From Fistulifera solaris (taxonomy: Eukaryota): DNA of 64,000 bases. Below the pieces are notes generated by a model, which had not been told where the DNA came from, did not search any database, and was given only the letters and a program-made list of their open reading frames with translations. Of this stretch, positions 23,549-36,328 are shown piece after piece. The position numbers and the translations under genes are program-made. The stretch's first letter is position 1, and every line of letters begins with the position of its first letter. The DNA is taken from NCBI GenBank assembly GCA_030295235.1, contig AP026133.1, forward strand, positions 930,001 to 994,000, given 5' to 3'.

Positions 23549-24792
23549 TCGCCGCAACGCCACCGTCGGATGAGAAACCACTGATACGTTCGGAAAACTT
23601 AACCGCTCTATAGTCAACCGCAAACCGTCACCTATATTACTTAATGCTGTTTTCGAGTACTTACCCGAAGCCGGCATGAATGGAGTACTCTTTCAAAAAA
23701 TCTTCTCCCCTATGTTATTGTATCGTTAAAACATATTGCTTGTTACTCACTGAACGCAGATTGTACACTATAGCTGATACAGTGGTCACGGGTGCTGTGA
23801 ATGAAGACGACGACAACAAGACACTTGCAACTTGGACCTGGGACCTCTTTTTGGCATTATTTGAACATTGGAACGTGTTGACAACCAGACACCGTCAAAA
23901 GCGAACAATTCAGTTGTTGATGGCGATTTGCGATTTCACTTGTGGGTCTTGGGCATGGTTCATGGCCTTGGGTCTCGGTTCATCAGCGTTCTCGGTGTTA
24001 CGGAGTTAGCTCTCTAGCCCTTTATCAAGCTTCCCAGTGTCCTTTGCTGCTTGCGGTCGAGGTAAATGTGTGACTTGGAAATTTGCTTTCTTTGTGATGG
24101 GTGCGGGTAGACTCTGTGCGCAAGGGGCAAAATACGGAATTCTAACTTCGTAACAAAGATCACGAATATCTCGAGGTGAAACAATGATGGAATCGTTCCC
24201 ATTCCGCTTTCTGGTAACTTGAGGCCGCTGCATGGTCTACTAGCAATAGAAGTCGAAAAGTAAAGGTAATTACTTTATCACTTGATTAGTGGACCAATAG
24301 ACAGGCAACAGTACAATTTCGAGAGAAAAAGATCAAGTAAACTAGAGGAGTTCATGTGTGACAGATTGATCCTGATGCATGGTCAACTTTCCCTCCCTTC
24401 GTATTAGGTAGCAGGTAACATTTTTGGCTGACTTTCCGTCTCTAGGAAGATTAAAGGCTTGACTACAATCTATAAAACGCATCGGTTTCTTCTCCTACCA
24501 GGTAAGAACGAGTGTCAGGGTGTCGATGTTAGATGTTACGATCCAACTTGTTGGCGCGAAGAAGCATCTACTCACAACCTACACATCCTACTGGTACTTA
24601 ACATTCTTAAATGACCTATTCACTGTAGAATCAAACAGTAGGCTTATGCGTTAGATGAAATTTTGGGACTTTTTCGAAAAGCGGAAGTCGGACAACAAAA
24701 TCACAAGCAAAAGGACGAACGATTGAAAAGAGACTCTCTAGTGAAACAATAACGATAGCAACATTGTTGCTTGTTAAACAACGAACACAAGA

Positions 24793-26119
24793 ATGAAAAA
24801 CATAATAATTTCAGCAGTTTTAGTGCTTCTGACTTCGGCCACCTCGTCATTAGGCGAGGTCCTCGAGTTGATTGATGAACCTTGTCAAAATTATGAAGAA
24901 ACGTCAACGGCTTTACAAGAGGCTAAAGCAGCATGGGTAGATCCCCCGTGCTATGATTTCAGCTACACTTTTACAGGGTTTCAAGTCGGAGAACCAGTGC
25001 CGCAAGCCGTACAAGTGCGGGATGGTGTGGCTGAGAATGGTAACAAGACGATGGATGATTTCTTTCAAATGATCGAATCGCTGTGTGTGGAAAATTGCCC
25101 AGCCGAGGGAGCTGCTCGATGTGAAGTAGAATACGCTCTCGAAGGATATCCTATGAATATTTTTATTGACATCGACCAATATCAACCCGATAACCGAAGA
25201 ACGTATGCAATTGAAAATTTCGCTTTTATCGATTGTGACGATCAAGAGAAGCCCACCAATGTTCCTGTCACGGAAAATCCAAGCGAAGAACCGCAAGAAA
25301 CAGCTGCTCCGAGGTATGTCCATGTTGCTACATCAATCTATTATCGACGGTGACATTAGGTACGTCTAACACTGTGTTTCCTCTAATAGTTCCGCTGTAG
25401 TACCCGGTGACGAGCCGACAGCCATTCCTACTCAAGGGGCTCCAGTGGATGAAACAATCACAAGTAGCCCGACGCAAATGGGCACCGTTGATGAAACAAA
25501 AACAAACAGTCCTACACAGATGACTCCAGTGGACGAGAACGCAACAAATAGCCCGACTTCTGAAGCTACCACGAGTAGCCCGACGGCGGCAGCTACCACG
25601 AGCAGCCCGACTCCAATCAACAGCACGTCAGAATTTGAGTCGCGATCGACAGTCGTTTTGAATGGCTTCCGCATTAGTCTCACACCTGTCCAGCAGAATT
25701 CTCTAAACGACACGATGCTAGCCAACATCATCACGGACTATTTACGGGCAGATTTGGAAAAGTTGGACGGCTTTCTCGATGTTCGACTTGTCGCTATGGA
25801 TGAAGATGTAACAGGCCAGGCAGGAAGACAGGCACCGCCTTATGAATCTCGCATGTTCTTTGGGGAGGCCTTCTTTGACGGCGAAGCACCGGAAGAGTCG
25901 GCTGTGCTCGAAATACAAAATGCTGCTTTAACGGACAATACACGGATTCAAAAAGCGCTGGACGACGGCGGTGTCGATGCTGTACTGGTTGAAACCGAAA
26001 TTTATGAAAAAGAGACTGTAGGGACGGAAGCTCCTGTGGCATCGGGGGCTGGGAGATTACGCTACACGCATTTGCTCTCGTTCGTCGCCGCTGCAGCATC
26101 GCTTTCCGTTGTCGTCTAA
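24793..26119 (+). CDS. Secreted, probably GPI-anchored protein: DUF6174-like domain, Thr/Ser/Pro mucin stalk, SEA-like domain
   Basis: Signal peptide. W..PPCYDFSY...VQVRDGV...TMDDFF...EYALEGYP.NIFID. Intron 25314-25389 joins the two ORFs in frame. SPT repeats and a hydrophobic C-terminus. Confidence 0.8.
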
Positions 26120-26457
26120 ATGTATTGAACAATGTAATGGCTTGAGCATGAACTTTTCTATTTGATGTTTAGAGTCTATAGTTTAAAAGGCACAGAGCTC
26201 TTGGTAAAGTGGTCGGACTGCTCGTTTATTGCTCTCCTTCGTAGCTCGAAATGCTGTTGAGTCGAGCTCTACCTAAAAATTTGAGAGGAGTCGATCGGAC
26301 TGTCCGTGTTCCGTGTTCATAGAAGGAATATGACTATGACTACCTGGTAAGACCCGTGACCCTTTAGAATGACTAAGACAGCAAAAAAGATCCGATCGTG
26401 AGTGTTGCCCTTGATAGGTTTGGGGGAACACAAGCGCATAATATAAAACTCGTCAAC

Positions 26458-26862
26458 ATGTTGAAGCAGATTTTACTCATCCTTTGCTGCTATTCGATCG
26501 GTGTTGTGAACAGTCAGTGTGGCTCGCAACAGGCAGTGGTGGAAAGCTGCTTTGCTGACAGGTGTGCGTCACAAAATTGTTCCGTGACATACGATTTGAC
26601 GGCGAACTTCACCTTTGAAGATCTTGACAACGACGCCAAACTCTGCGCAGCCTTTCATACAGCCATTTGCTCGACCGTTAGTTGCTGTTCTGCTTGCAGT
26701 GAAGAAACAAGAACGTTTGGTCAATGCACGCTCGATGCGAATTCACAAGGGCTCAAAGACTGTGCCTTTGATACGTGTGGTTTGAACAGCGGAGGAAGGT
26801 CCGTTCTATCAGTAACAGGAGCACTAATTTTCGCATTTTCGTTGCTTCTAGGAATACTTTAA
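26458..26862 (+). CDS. Small Cys-rich secreted protein with GPI-like C-terminus
   Basis: Signal peptide MLKQILLILCCYSIGVVNS|Q, 12 Cys in the mature part, and SGG followed by a hydrophobic tail. Confidence 0.72.
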   Translation: MLKQILLILCCYSIGVVNSQCGSQQAVVESCFADRCASQNCSVTYDLTANFTFEDLDNDAKLCAAFHTAICSTVSCCSACSEETRTFGQCTLDANSQGLKDCAFDTCGLNSGGRSVLSVTGALIFAFSLLLGIL

Positions 26863-27128
26863 CGCATTAATAATGAAGGGCTTATCATTGGCCTGCGAAG
26901 GAGGGACAGGTGTACTGATAGTATGGACGAGTTTCATTTGAACCACCGATTTGGTACCATAGTTTTTAATGGGGTCTTTCACTGTGCTAATTGTGTTCTA
27001 CGGTGGAAGCGATTGATTTTAAATTCATTTACTTTCAAGCAGAGTAAAAGAAGTAACCGGATTATGTCCGGAGGAGTGCAGTGGGATTATCTTTGTCGAA
27101 ACTTTGCTTCTCCCGTCGATCCTCCATC

Positions 27129-28865
27129 TTAATCTTTTCTCTTTTCGGTGTCAAACTTATAATGGGGCGTTCCTTGAACTCCATCCAATCTCTGGCCGGA
27201 TTTGTCGCCCATGGTGTCGTCATTGCCGTTGCCGAATGAGAACGTTTGTTTCACTGCTTCCTTGACTTCGTGCAATTTCTCGCCGATCTTCTCAGTGATA
27301 CTCTCATCTTTGCCGTCGCCTGTTTCGGTGCCCCGATATGTTGGTTTACTGTCGATAAAATCACGTCTCGTTGTATCGTCCATCTTCTGCTCGTTCTCAT
27401 TGCCTATGCTGAATATATCTTCGACGGATCCGTCGGGAGCGGTAGAAAAAGTCTCTTTTACGGCTCTTTCCATACCACTCATTTTTTCACTGACTCTGTC
27501 ATTCATAGGCTTATCGTTGTTAGATGCAAATTCGTCTTCGGCGCTTCCCTTACTTTTCTTAGCTTTATCCATCACTTGGTCGCCCATGGAGGAGTCGCTG
27601 TCGCCAGTGAGAGTCTCTTTCATCGATTCCTCTATGCTTTTGAGCTTCTCGCCCATTTTCTTGCTCATAGTTATATCATTGCCAAAAAACTCGTCTTCAG
27701 CTCTTCCCTCACTTTTCTTAGCTTTGTCCATCACTCGGTCGCCCATGGAGGGGTCGCTGTCGCCAGTGAGGGCCTCTTTCATCGATTCCTCTATGCTTTT
27801 GAGCTTCTCGCCCACTTTCTCACTCATAGTTATATCATTGCTGGAAAACTCGTCTTCAGCTCTTCCCTTACTTTCCTTAGCTCTGTCCATCACTTGGTCG
27901 CTCATGGAGGAGTTGCTGTCGCCAGTGAAAGTCTCTTTCATCGATTCCCCCATGCTGTTGAGCTTCTCACCCATTTTCTCGCTCATGCTTTTGTCATTGC
28001 CGGAAAATTCATCTTCGGCTCTTCCTCTGCTTTCCTCAGCTTTGTTCTTTACCTTGTCGCCCATGGACGACTCGTTGTTGTCAGTAGAAAAGGTCTCTTT
28101 CAGCGATCCCCCCATACTGTTGAGCTTCTCACCCATTTTCTCGCTCATGCTCTTGCCATCGTCGGGGGTCATTTTGTCCTTAGTCATCTCCTTAATTTCG
28201 TGGACTTTATCCTTCATCTTGTCACCCATGCTTTTCTCACGGTCGCTGTCACTATCGCTGCTGCTGGTGCCACTACTCGTGCCATCGCTGGTACCGCTGC
28301 TCGTGCCTTCGCTATCCGAGGAGGAGGACCCGTCGCTCACTGCTCCCGCGACCTCCTTCAGCGTTTTGCTGTCTTTGAGACCGGCATTCTCATCACTATC
28401 GTAGGTAAGCGTGTCTTTGACAGATTGTTTCATGTCCTTGTACTTCTCGCTCATTTTGTCTTTCATACTGGGAGAACTGTCATCGAGATCTTTCGGATCG
28501 GATAGAAACATTTCTGAGCTTACTTTCAGGTCTCCCTGGAATGACCCAGGAGCTGCATCTCCGATTCCCTCGTACTTTTCGGAAGGAACCGTATCGAATA
28601 GAGTATCCTTGGTTTCTTGATATTTTTCTTTTGCTTTCTCGCCCATAGACTTGTTGTTGGGGTCGGAGGAGAACGTTTCTTGAACAGCTCTCTTAACCTC
28701 ATTAAACTTTTCACTTATTTTTTCGCCGATCTTCTTGTCGTCGCTTGAAAATACCGCTCGGGGTGATCGCATTACTTCGCTGACACCGTTCTGAAGGGCC
28801 AGCAACGAGCGACGTTGGTGCGAATAACGACCTGCCCGAGAGGATGCTCTTGCAATGAAAGACAT
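27129..28865 (-). CDS. LEA-like hydrophilic repeat protein with probable mitochondrial transit peptide
   Basis: Arg/Ser-rich, acid-poor N-terminus. K/E/D/S/M-rich amphipathic repeats. Confidence 0.75.
   Translation of the reverse strand: MSFIARASSRAGRYSHQRRSLLALQNGVSEVMRSPRAVFSSDDKKIGEKISEKFNEVKRAVQETFSSDPNNKSMGEKAKEKYQETKDTLFDTVPSEKYEGIGDAAPGSFQGDLKVSSEMFLSDPKDLDDSSPSMKDKMSEKYKDMKQSVKDTLTYDSDENAGLKDSKTLKEVAGAVSDGSSSSDSEGTSSGTSDGTSSGTSSSDSDSDREKSMGDKMKDKVHEIKEMTKDKMTPDDGKSMSEKMGEKLNSMGGSLKETFSTDNNESSMGDKVKNKAEESRGRAEDEFSGNDKSMSEKMGEKLNSMGESMKETFTGDSNSSMSDQVMDRAKESKGRAEDEFSSNDITMSEKVGEKLKSIEESMKEALTGDSDPSMGDRVMDKAKKSEGRAEDEFFGNDITMSKKMGEKLKSIEESMKETLTGDSDSSMGDQVMDKAKKSKGSAEDEFASNNDKPMNDRVSEKMSGMERAVKETFSTAPDGSVEDIFSIGNENEQKMDDTTRRDFIDSKPTYRGTETGDGKDESITEKIGEKLHEVKEAVKQTFSFGNGNDDTMGDKSGQRLDGVQGTPHYKFDTEKRKD
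27520..28160. repeat. Four coding tandem repeats of about 159 bp (53 aa)
   Basis: GAGCTTCTC(G/A)CCCA recurs at 27642, 27801, 27960 and 28122. Confidence 0.9.
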
Positions 28866-29841
28866 GATTGATAAAGTATATTGAAGATTATGAAGCGATC
28901 ACACGAATACGACGAAGCAAGCCGGGTGTAAAGAGACGTTAAGAGACGGCAATTACGAGAAAAAGACCACTCTTTTGCGAATGAATAGTCGAGTGCCCTC
29001 CAGCGTCGGAGCGCCGAATCTTCTTTTACCTTCTCTTTCATGATGCGCTTCTCTTCTTTTCACGTACAACTCAGTTCCTTATTTTTGAGAACGGTACCAG
29101 GTATGAAGTTGATTTTCTTGGATGACAAAAGAAGAGACGACAAATGCGGCGCAGCGTCCTTCTTGTATTACTATCTGTATCAAGGGTGAAAATCACTGTT
29201 ACCTCTGTGTCTCGAACATGGATTTTGATAGCTCACATATGTTGATATCGTCTGAAGTGTAGGCGGCAATTTGTCAAGACTGGGTTGCACGTTGAGTCAT
29301 GAATTAAATTTCTTGGTTGTTTAGTCGACATCCAATTGCTTCCGACTACACCAACAGTTTCATGAAGCTGAACTACCTAAGATAGAGATGAAAGTAAATA
29401 ATAGGTGCGTGCGCAACTTATCTTCATTGCTATTTTTACCGACTCGTGGAAATCGAAAAGCACTATGGATTCAAAGTGTCAGCGACCTTTTCTCATGACA
29501 GGGTTGCACTCCTGAGTCATGAATGAATCATCAACGATTTCTGTTCAAGTATATACGTCGTTGGTACCCTAGATGCATCGAATTAGGTTGCTAGGTACAC
29601 TTAGAGCGATGGCAAGCTACATTGGTAATGCAAATGTCGTTTAGTTTGGGCACGAATCGTCCCAATAGCCTTTAAATTTTACTTAGGTTCCAGAATGTTG
29701 TCCGTTTTCTCCAGGACTGGATTACATAGTAAGTCGTGAGTCCTCGTCCGTCATCGGCGCACTACCACCTGGTAGAGAGATCGTGGCGCACAAAAAAAAG
29801 CCATTCTTCTCATTCCTGTGATGGAACCAAAACTCAAAACA

Positions 29842-30410
29842 ATGTCGAGCTTTCTTCTCAAAGTCCCAAACAAAGTCGGCTGGAGGTGTTTCTCTACAGA
29901 GAGACTTACCGGAACGGTCAAGTTTTACAGTCGCAGCAAGGCGTATGGTTTCATCGTTCTTGATCGAGGGGGCGATGACGTCTTTGTGCATCGGACGGCC
30001 ATGCAAAGTACCAGTAACGATCCTCGCTACCCATATCTGAAGCGAGGTGAGCGAGTTTCTTTTCCATCAATTCAAATGACGGATCGTCCGTTCCACGAGC
30101 AACGGCGGTGACATTTGTCGATGGTACGCCCGTGCATCCTTTGCGAAAAGATTTTCTGGCTAAGATGACACGTCGGGTGCAAAACAGTATCGGAGAAGAT
30201 GTTTTCCACCTTTTTCATCGTCGCGAGTCCGATAGCATCACTATAGATGACATTCGCGCTATTTATGAAGACGCTGCACAGCAACTGAAAGAGGCGGAGA
30301 CACTCGTTGAACAGCTGGGGATGACGTTGGATCAGTTCGAGACGCCGACACGACGAAACAAATCGATACAGAAAGAGGACAACGACTTGACAAGCCAAAA
30401 AGAAGAATAG
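29842..30410 (+). CDS. Cold-shock domain protein, probably mitochondrial
   Basis: GTVKFY...KAYGFI...DVFVH (RNP1/RNP2). One missing T at about 30060 joins the two ORFs (GERVSFSI...RATAVTFVDG). Confidence 0.85.
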
Positions 30411-30444
30411 AAATACAACATATTGTACTAGCCTTTACACAACT

Positions 30445-33400
30445 TTATCCACTCAATAGACCTTGCTCGTCTCCAAGTAGCTGCAGACTACCTCTCTTCT
30501 TTTTGGGCGTTCGCTTCATGCCCATCTTTCCAAAAAATCCTCCTTTCTTCCTCTTATCCGATGCGACACTACGATCACCATCATCGTCATTTGATGATTT
30601 CGTGTTACCGAACACACCCAGCTTGTCGTCGTCGTCGTCGTCTTCTGATTCAGCAATGGTGGCCAAATGGTGATCATTGAATGAGCCGTCTTTTCCGTTC
30701 AAGTCGGACAATGACGGTAGTGATGCTGGGGATTCGCGTGGCGAGGGCGATTGACTCGCTCTCTTCTTTGGGCTTCTTCGTGGTGTTGTGGCGGTTGTCA
30801 GCGAAGTGGGAGGATTTGGCATCGCGGTTGACATTTTGTAGACAGGACGCTGTGCCAGGTCAATCACGTTGTCTGGGATTTTAGCTAGATCCTTGGCCAT
30901 TGCAGCAATGCCTATTCCCGTACTTACTGGACCCCGTGGTGAGTTCTGAACGGTAGCTAAATCATCAAGGGACGTGACACCATCCTCCTGGTTCCATCGA
31001 GAGAAGTGTGCAGCAAGTCCCTTTTCTTCGATAGGGCCATCGTCGCGAAGAGAGCGATTCATAATCGTATCAGACATGCTACCGCGGAACGAGGCACTGT
31101 TGGCACTCCCACGCCGGCCGCTGGGCATACCGAAGCCTTCCAGCTGAAACGCATCCATGCCGCTGTCGTCATTTAGAGGTGTTTGGCGTCTATCCACCTG
31201 ATATTGCTTTTTCTTAAAGGTCATGTACTCCTTCTGGATCAAATTGATAGATGTTCCCCGTCTATCAGACATTTCTTGTCGCAAGGTGCTGACACTCATG
31301 ACCTTGCTCTGCTTCACGCGACGCATCTCAGATTCGAATACTGCAGCAGGATCCAAGCGAGGTTTATTTGTTCGACTGCCCCGACTACTACGAGATAAGC
31401 GGCTGCGATGACTTTTTTGCGATGCCAGTGACCTCAGATCGTTCGGTACGGAGTCACCAGCCGGTTGAGATTTCTCATCGGCACTGCTATGTGACGAGTG
31501 GCTTGATTGGTCTTTGTGAGCTGCTCCCGCATTGTTGGTGATCATGTACAACGATTTCACACTTGGTGCCACGGAAACCTCATCAGAATCTCTAGCAATT
31601 CGCTTTTGTGTAGGTCGCTCATCGCCTGAAGACGACCCCGCCATCTCTTCTTCTTCGTCGTCAAAAAGCGAGTGGATAGCTTGGACAAACTCCTTCGTTA
31701 ACTTGGCTTTTCCTTTTCCACCGCTACTTGTCATGAACAAGCGCAGACGTTGCACGACCTTATCGCCTTTTTCCTTCTCCTTCATGATCCGCTTCTTTTC
31801 TTTCTCACGATTTCTTTGACGCGTCCTAATTTCAAACTTCAAAGCAGTTTCGGCATCAACGTCGACTTCCTCCCACATGTCATCGAAATCTGCATCAACA
31901 GTCTCAACCTGGAGTTTCGACTCTAGTTTTGCCATAGCGTTCAGCTCGTCAAAGTCCACATTGTTGTCGGTGTCGTTATTTATTTCATTTCCTGTTTCAT
32001 CTTCTGCCCAGCATTTCTTTTCTCCCTCTGCGCTGCCAAAGGACACATCATCGGAGTTACTACTTGATTCGAGGTCATCCAAAAGTTTCTTGTCATTCGT
32101 TTCCTTAGCGACGTAATAGTGATCGTGCTCACTTCTGCTAAGATTATCGATTTCTTCCAGAGCGTCCGAAGGCTCTTCCAAAATGATATGTTCGGAACCA
32201 AAAGTATCAGGGAAGAAACCATCGATCACTGAGCTCCGCTTTGGTGACTTGTCTAATTTCGAATCGTTCTCTCTTTTCGTTTTTTCTTTGGCAGTTTCCC
32301 AAGGCCGCTTACCACCGTCAATATCATCATTCCCGAAAAAATCGCGATTTGCATTCAGGATCACATGCTGCACCCCTGAGGTTCCAACCGGCGACTGTTT
32401 TGATATGGTTCCTACACTGACTTCATCACCATGTCGGCTAACTTTTCTCATTTTGCCTAAATGTTCATTCAGTCCTTTCTTCTTTTTTCTCCGACGCCTT
32501 TTGTCTTCTCCTGAGAAGCCCGTAAAATTAGAAAAAGTTGACATGCCTCCGTTGATGATCGATGAATCACCACCTACAGATACACCGCCTGGACTTAAAG
32601 CACTGATTTTGCTTTTCATCTCGTTTCTAATCACTGGCGAAAAGTTTACTGGTTGTTGGGTTGGCTTCCTTTTAGGACTGACCATGGCGTTAGAACTAGC
32701 AGATTTTGAGGAAACTGTTGAGCTTGAGCGATGCAGCGGTACAGAATCCACCGGGTTTTTCAATGGTAACGCATCTACTATAGGTGGTGTGTGTGTCCGA
32801 GGCTGAGCGCTATTTTTCATATCTTGCTCTTCGGTCGGTTTGTCTTGCATCTGTTTTGTTTCTATAGTAGGGACAGTTCGAGTTGTCGTCTCAATGGAAG
32901 AAACAGGATGCTGGGTAGGTTGCGAGTTGCTTGCCAAAACAAAGCTATCATCTGAGCTTGCCACCGAAGAAAGCTGAGAAGACGATGGTGACGGAACACT
33001 CCTGAAAACACCTTGGGCACTGGGAACCGGAGACTTTGTCGCAGGTTTTCTCCCCCACCCAAACCAGGAGCTACTATTTTTCTTATTGGAGGCTGCAATT
33101 TTGTCCTCGGATATATTATTGCGAGTCATGGCGGTGACATTTTCCAAGCGAAGCAAAGGAGCTTCCTTTGGCCCCAATTTGAAACTCCCATCGTCTTCGG
33201 AAGAGTCAGTTTCGTAAGATCCAGATGAGTCCGATTCTTTTTCTGGAGCCTGTATGGCGTGGGCACCATCGAGTGGGGCGTTATCGTCGTCATGCATCGA
33301 GCTCACATCGGAATTGTAACTCCTGTCTGGCTCGGGCTGCTTATCCGTTAAATCATTGGAGGATACCGTTTTCGAGACAATATTTGGTTTGACAATCTCT

Positions 33401-35548
33401 TCGATAAATCCTGGCATAGTACCATTTTCTGAATCGCTATTGTCCTCATCAGAGACACCAGGTGGTTTAAAATCTACGTCGTCACCGAATAGGTCGTCGA
33501 AGCCAAATTCCTTCATTTGAGCCGCCAGCTTAGAAGAAGGTACAAATGCTTCATTGCTGGTTTCGCTGTGTAACGAAGCCTCGTCCATTGGGCTCGAAGA
33601 AGTATTGTTATTTGATGACTCAATTGGCGCGCGATGGCCGTCTGCATCGCATTGCTTTGTTTGCTGTGGCGGAGTCAACGGTTCCATTGATACAGATTGT
33701 CCACCGGATGGTAGATAAAGATCATCCGGTCCACTTGCTATCGATCTCTTATCATTCTCATCTCCATCAAGAGTTGAGCTTTTACAGGAATCTTGTCGGC
33801 CGAACATTCCAAAAAAAACCGTTAGCTTTAGAACCGGTACTTGCTTGAGATTTTGATGCCACAGAAGCTACGTCGTCAACACTGTTTGCCCGACTAAAAA
33901 GGCCGCCGAAGACTCCACCAGATTTCTCTTGCAAAGCTCTCTCATTTTCTTGTCTGGCTTGTTCATCATTTTCAAAAAAAGCCATATCAATATCAACTAT
34001 CACATCATCTTTCTCTCCCATCGACCCCTTCATTGATGGAATCGGGGAATTCGCGCTAAACCTCTCAAGCTTTATTTCCTCTGTACGCTCTGACTCGTCG
34101 TCATCTTCACTCTCTGACACGATACCTTGGATGCTGCTTTCCGTTACGTTTTCTTGCTTTGGTTCTCCCCCGAAAGAACTCAAGGCAGAATCATGGGCAC
34201 CATTGCTATATTTGCTCTCTTCGCAATCTGCAGCACTACCAACGCTATATGATTTCTGTGCTTCATTAACTTCCCTAACCAGAAAGCCTGATTCTACACT
34301 CGCAACAAAATCGTCGCAATCAGCATCCACGTCGGCTGCTGATCCGAAAATAGGTGCGCTATCCAAACCGGCACTCGTATTGCTGCCTTGAACACCACTT
34401 GGATAATCCAAAGCATTTTCATCCATTTGAGATCCGTGCGATGCGTCGATATGTTCTGATGTCTCGTTCCGTGGATACATCTCTTTTGAATGCCAACTGT
34501 CGCCTCGAAATTCGTCTTCAGAGTGAGACTGCTCTACATCCTCCGTAGCATCATTATCACCTCTCTCTTGTTGAGACGATTCATCGCTTTCCGAATCATC
34601 CTCAATATTTGAATTGCTTTTCTCTAAATCTAACCTTATCTGTGGTTGTCTTGACGATTGGTACGAGCGGTCTCCATCTACTTCATCGTGCTCATCTTTT
34701 CTAAAATCTTCATCGTTTCCTGACGCAACCGATCGTGAATGCAAGCTAGCGCACGAATGTCGTGTAGAATGTGAGTCTTCTTCAATATGGTCCGAATCAT
34801 GATCATATAAATCTTTTTTAGACGGTTCCGCGTCGTGCGACTCCTGAAATTGTGGATTTGAGGTTCCCGAATACAAGTTAGGGCGAGGCTGTTCTTCTGG
34901 CGCATGCAAGTCGGTTTCCAAAGTATCCAAAGCGTTCTCATTGGATTCGTCTTTCTGGAAGATAGGGTCATCTCCTGATTCGGTAAACGGCGGCTCCACG
35001 GTTTTTGGTTGCTCATAGGGCCGTGAATTGATGCTTTCTGAGTTAAACATTTCATGTTGCTGGACAGCAGAGTCATTTAATTGTTCTAAGTCATCTGAAG
35101 CATTGTCGCTAGATTCTTCGTGCTTGAATACATTATTTCCTTCATCGTCAAGATTCGCAAAAGCATTAACTTGCTCGGGCTTCGCTGCGATTGCTGAGCG
35201 TTCGTCGTCATCTCCTTCACTTTCTGCCTCGCTCTCCTCATCGCTACTACTTGCAAATGGATCCTTGACAGTAATTTTGGGTGTATTGCTGCTGACAATA
35301 CTACTTTCTTCACTTCCAAATGACATGTTGTCGAAAGCCGCCGCAAAAGGGTCGTCTAAGTTACTTGCTTCAGCCATTTCTGCGTTTGCCATTAATTCCT
35401 GCAGAGACATTGGTGCTTTCTGCTTCTCTGGGCTCTGATCACCTCGTCTCATACTGTAAGCACCTTCAGAACCGAATCCAGAGAGACCTGTCGTAAAGTC
35501 ATCTTTCGGCTCCGCATCGTTTGAAGACGTCCCCCAACCACGAAACAT
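30445..35548 (-). CDS. Large (about 1,700 aa) acidic, Ser-rich, probably disordered protein
   Basis: Overlapping ORFs of 588 aa and 1120 aa with the same composition join at the A8 run near 33811-33818. Confidence 0.7.
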
Positions 35549-36328
35549 CCTTCCACGCTAAATGTACTTATCGAACGTTTATTGTTTTCAACTTTCAATT
35601 CATGTCAATTGGGGATATCACTATCGTCAACTAGACACTCCAGACTAATTGCAGTTGATAAAAAAAGAAAGGAAAAAGACTTTTTCAAGTTATAATAAAC
35701 GCCCTTTTGTTAAGGACGAGGAGCAAAATAGGAAATGGAACATTTGACTTTCATGAACACGAGCACAAAAGTGCCACCATGACAATAACAAAAACAAGAG
35801 TGAAAAAGTACAGTTCAGTTCGTTATTATAGTATCGAATGTCTCACAGCGTATGCCAGAAGCCCAGTGCCTTATGCCCGGGCGGACTTCCGTTTTCCTGA
35901 AAACTGGATTGTACTTTGGGAACAAAATTCCGTTGCGAACGAAGACTTGCTAAAATTGTCGGGAATAACTTTAACGCTGATAGGATTAAACTGTGGAGGC
36001 AATATTGATTTGCCCCTCACTTTCTCGCGCGCCTCATTTCTCATTTGCTCGTTTCTCCTTTCGTCGAACTTCGAATTTCGAATACGAATCAAATTTGTTA
36101 CTGAAGCTGTAATCTTATCATGTCACCTTAACGGGAGAAACATGAAAAGGCAATTTGTTTTTGGATTCCTCTGGATGCGTTCTCGATTTTAGGCATCAAA
36201 GCGATGAGAACCGAGTAATTGTGATGGCCCCTGCCGTTGCCGCCATCAGCCATCATATTATTGAAGAACCTTCTATTCAGAGACTGTTGCAACATTCATT
36301 TCAACCTTCTTTTGAAGCATTTGACATC

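Noticed and set aside
27202..28505. Two long + strand ORFs (400 and 419 aa)
   Set aside because: Antisense shadows of the repetitive LEA-like gene.
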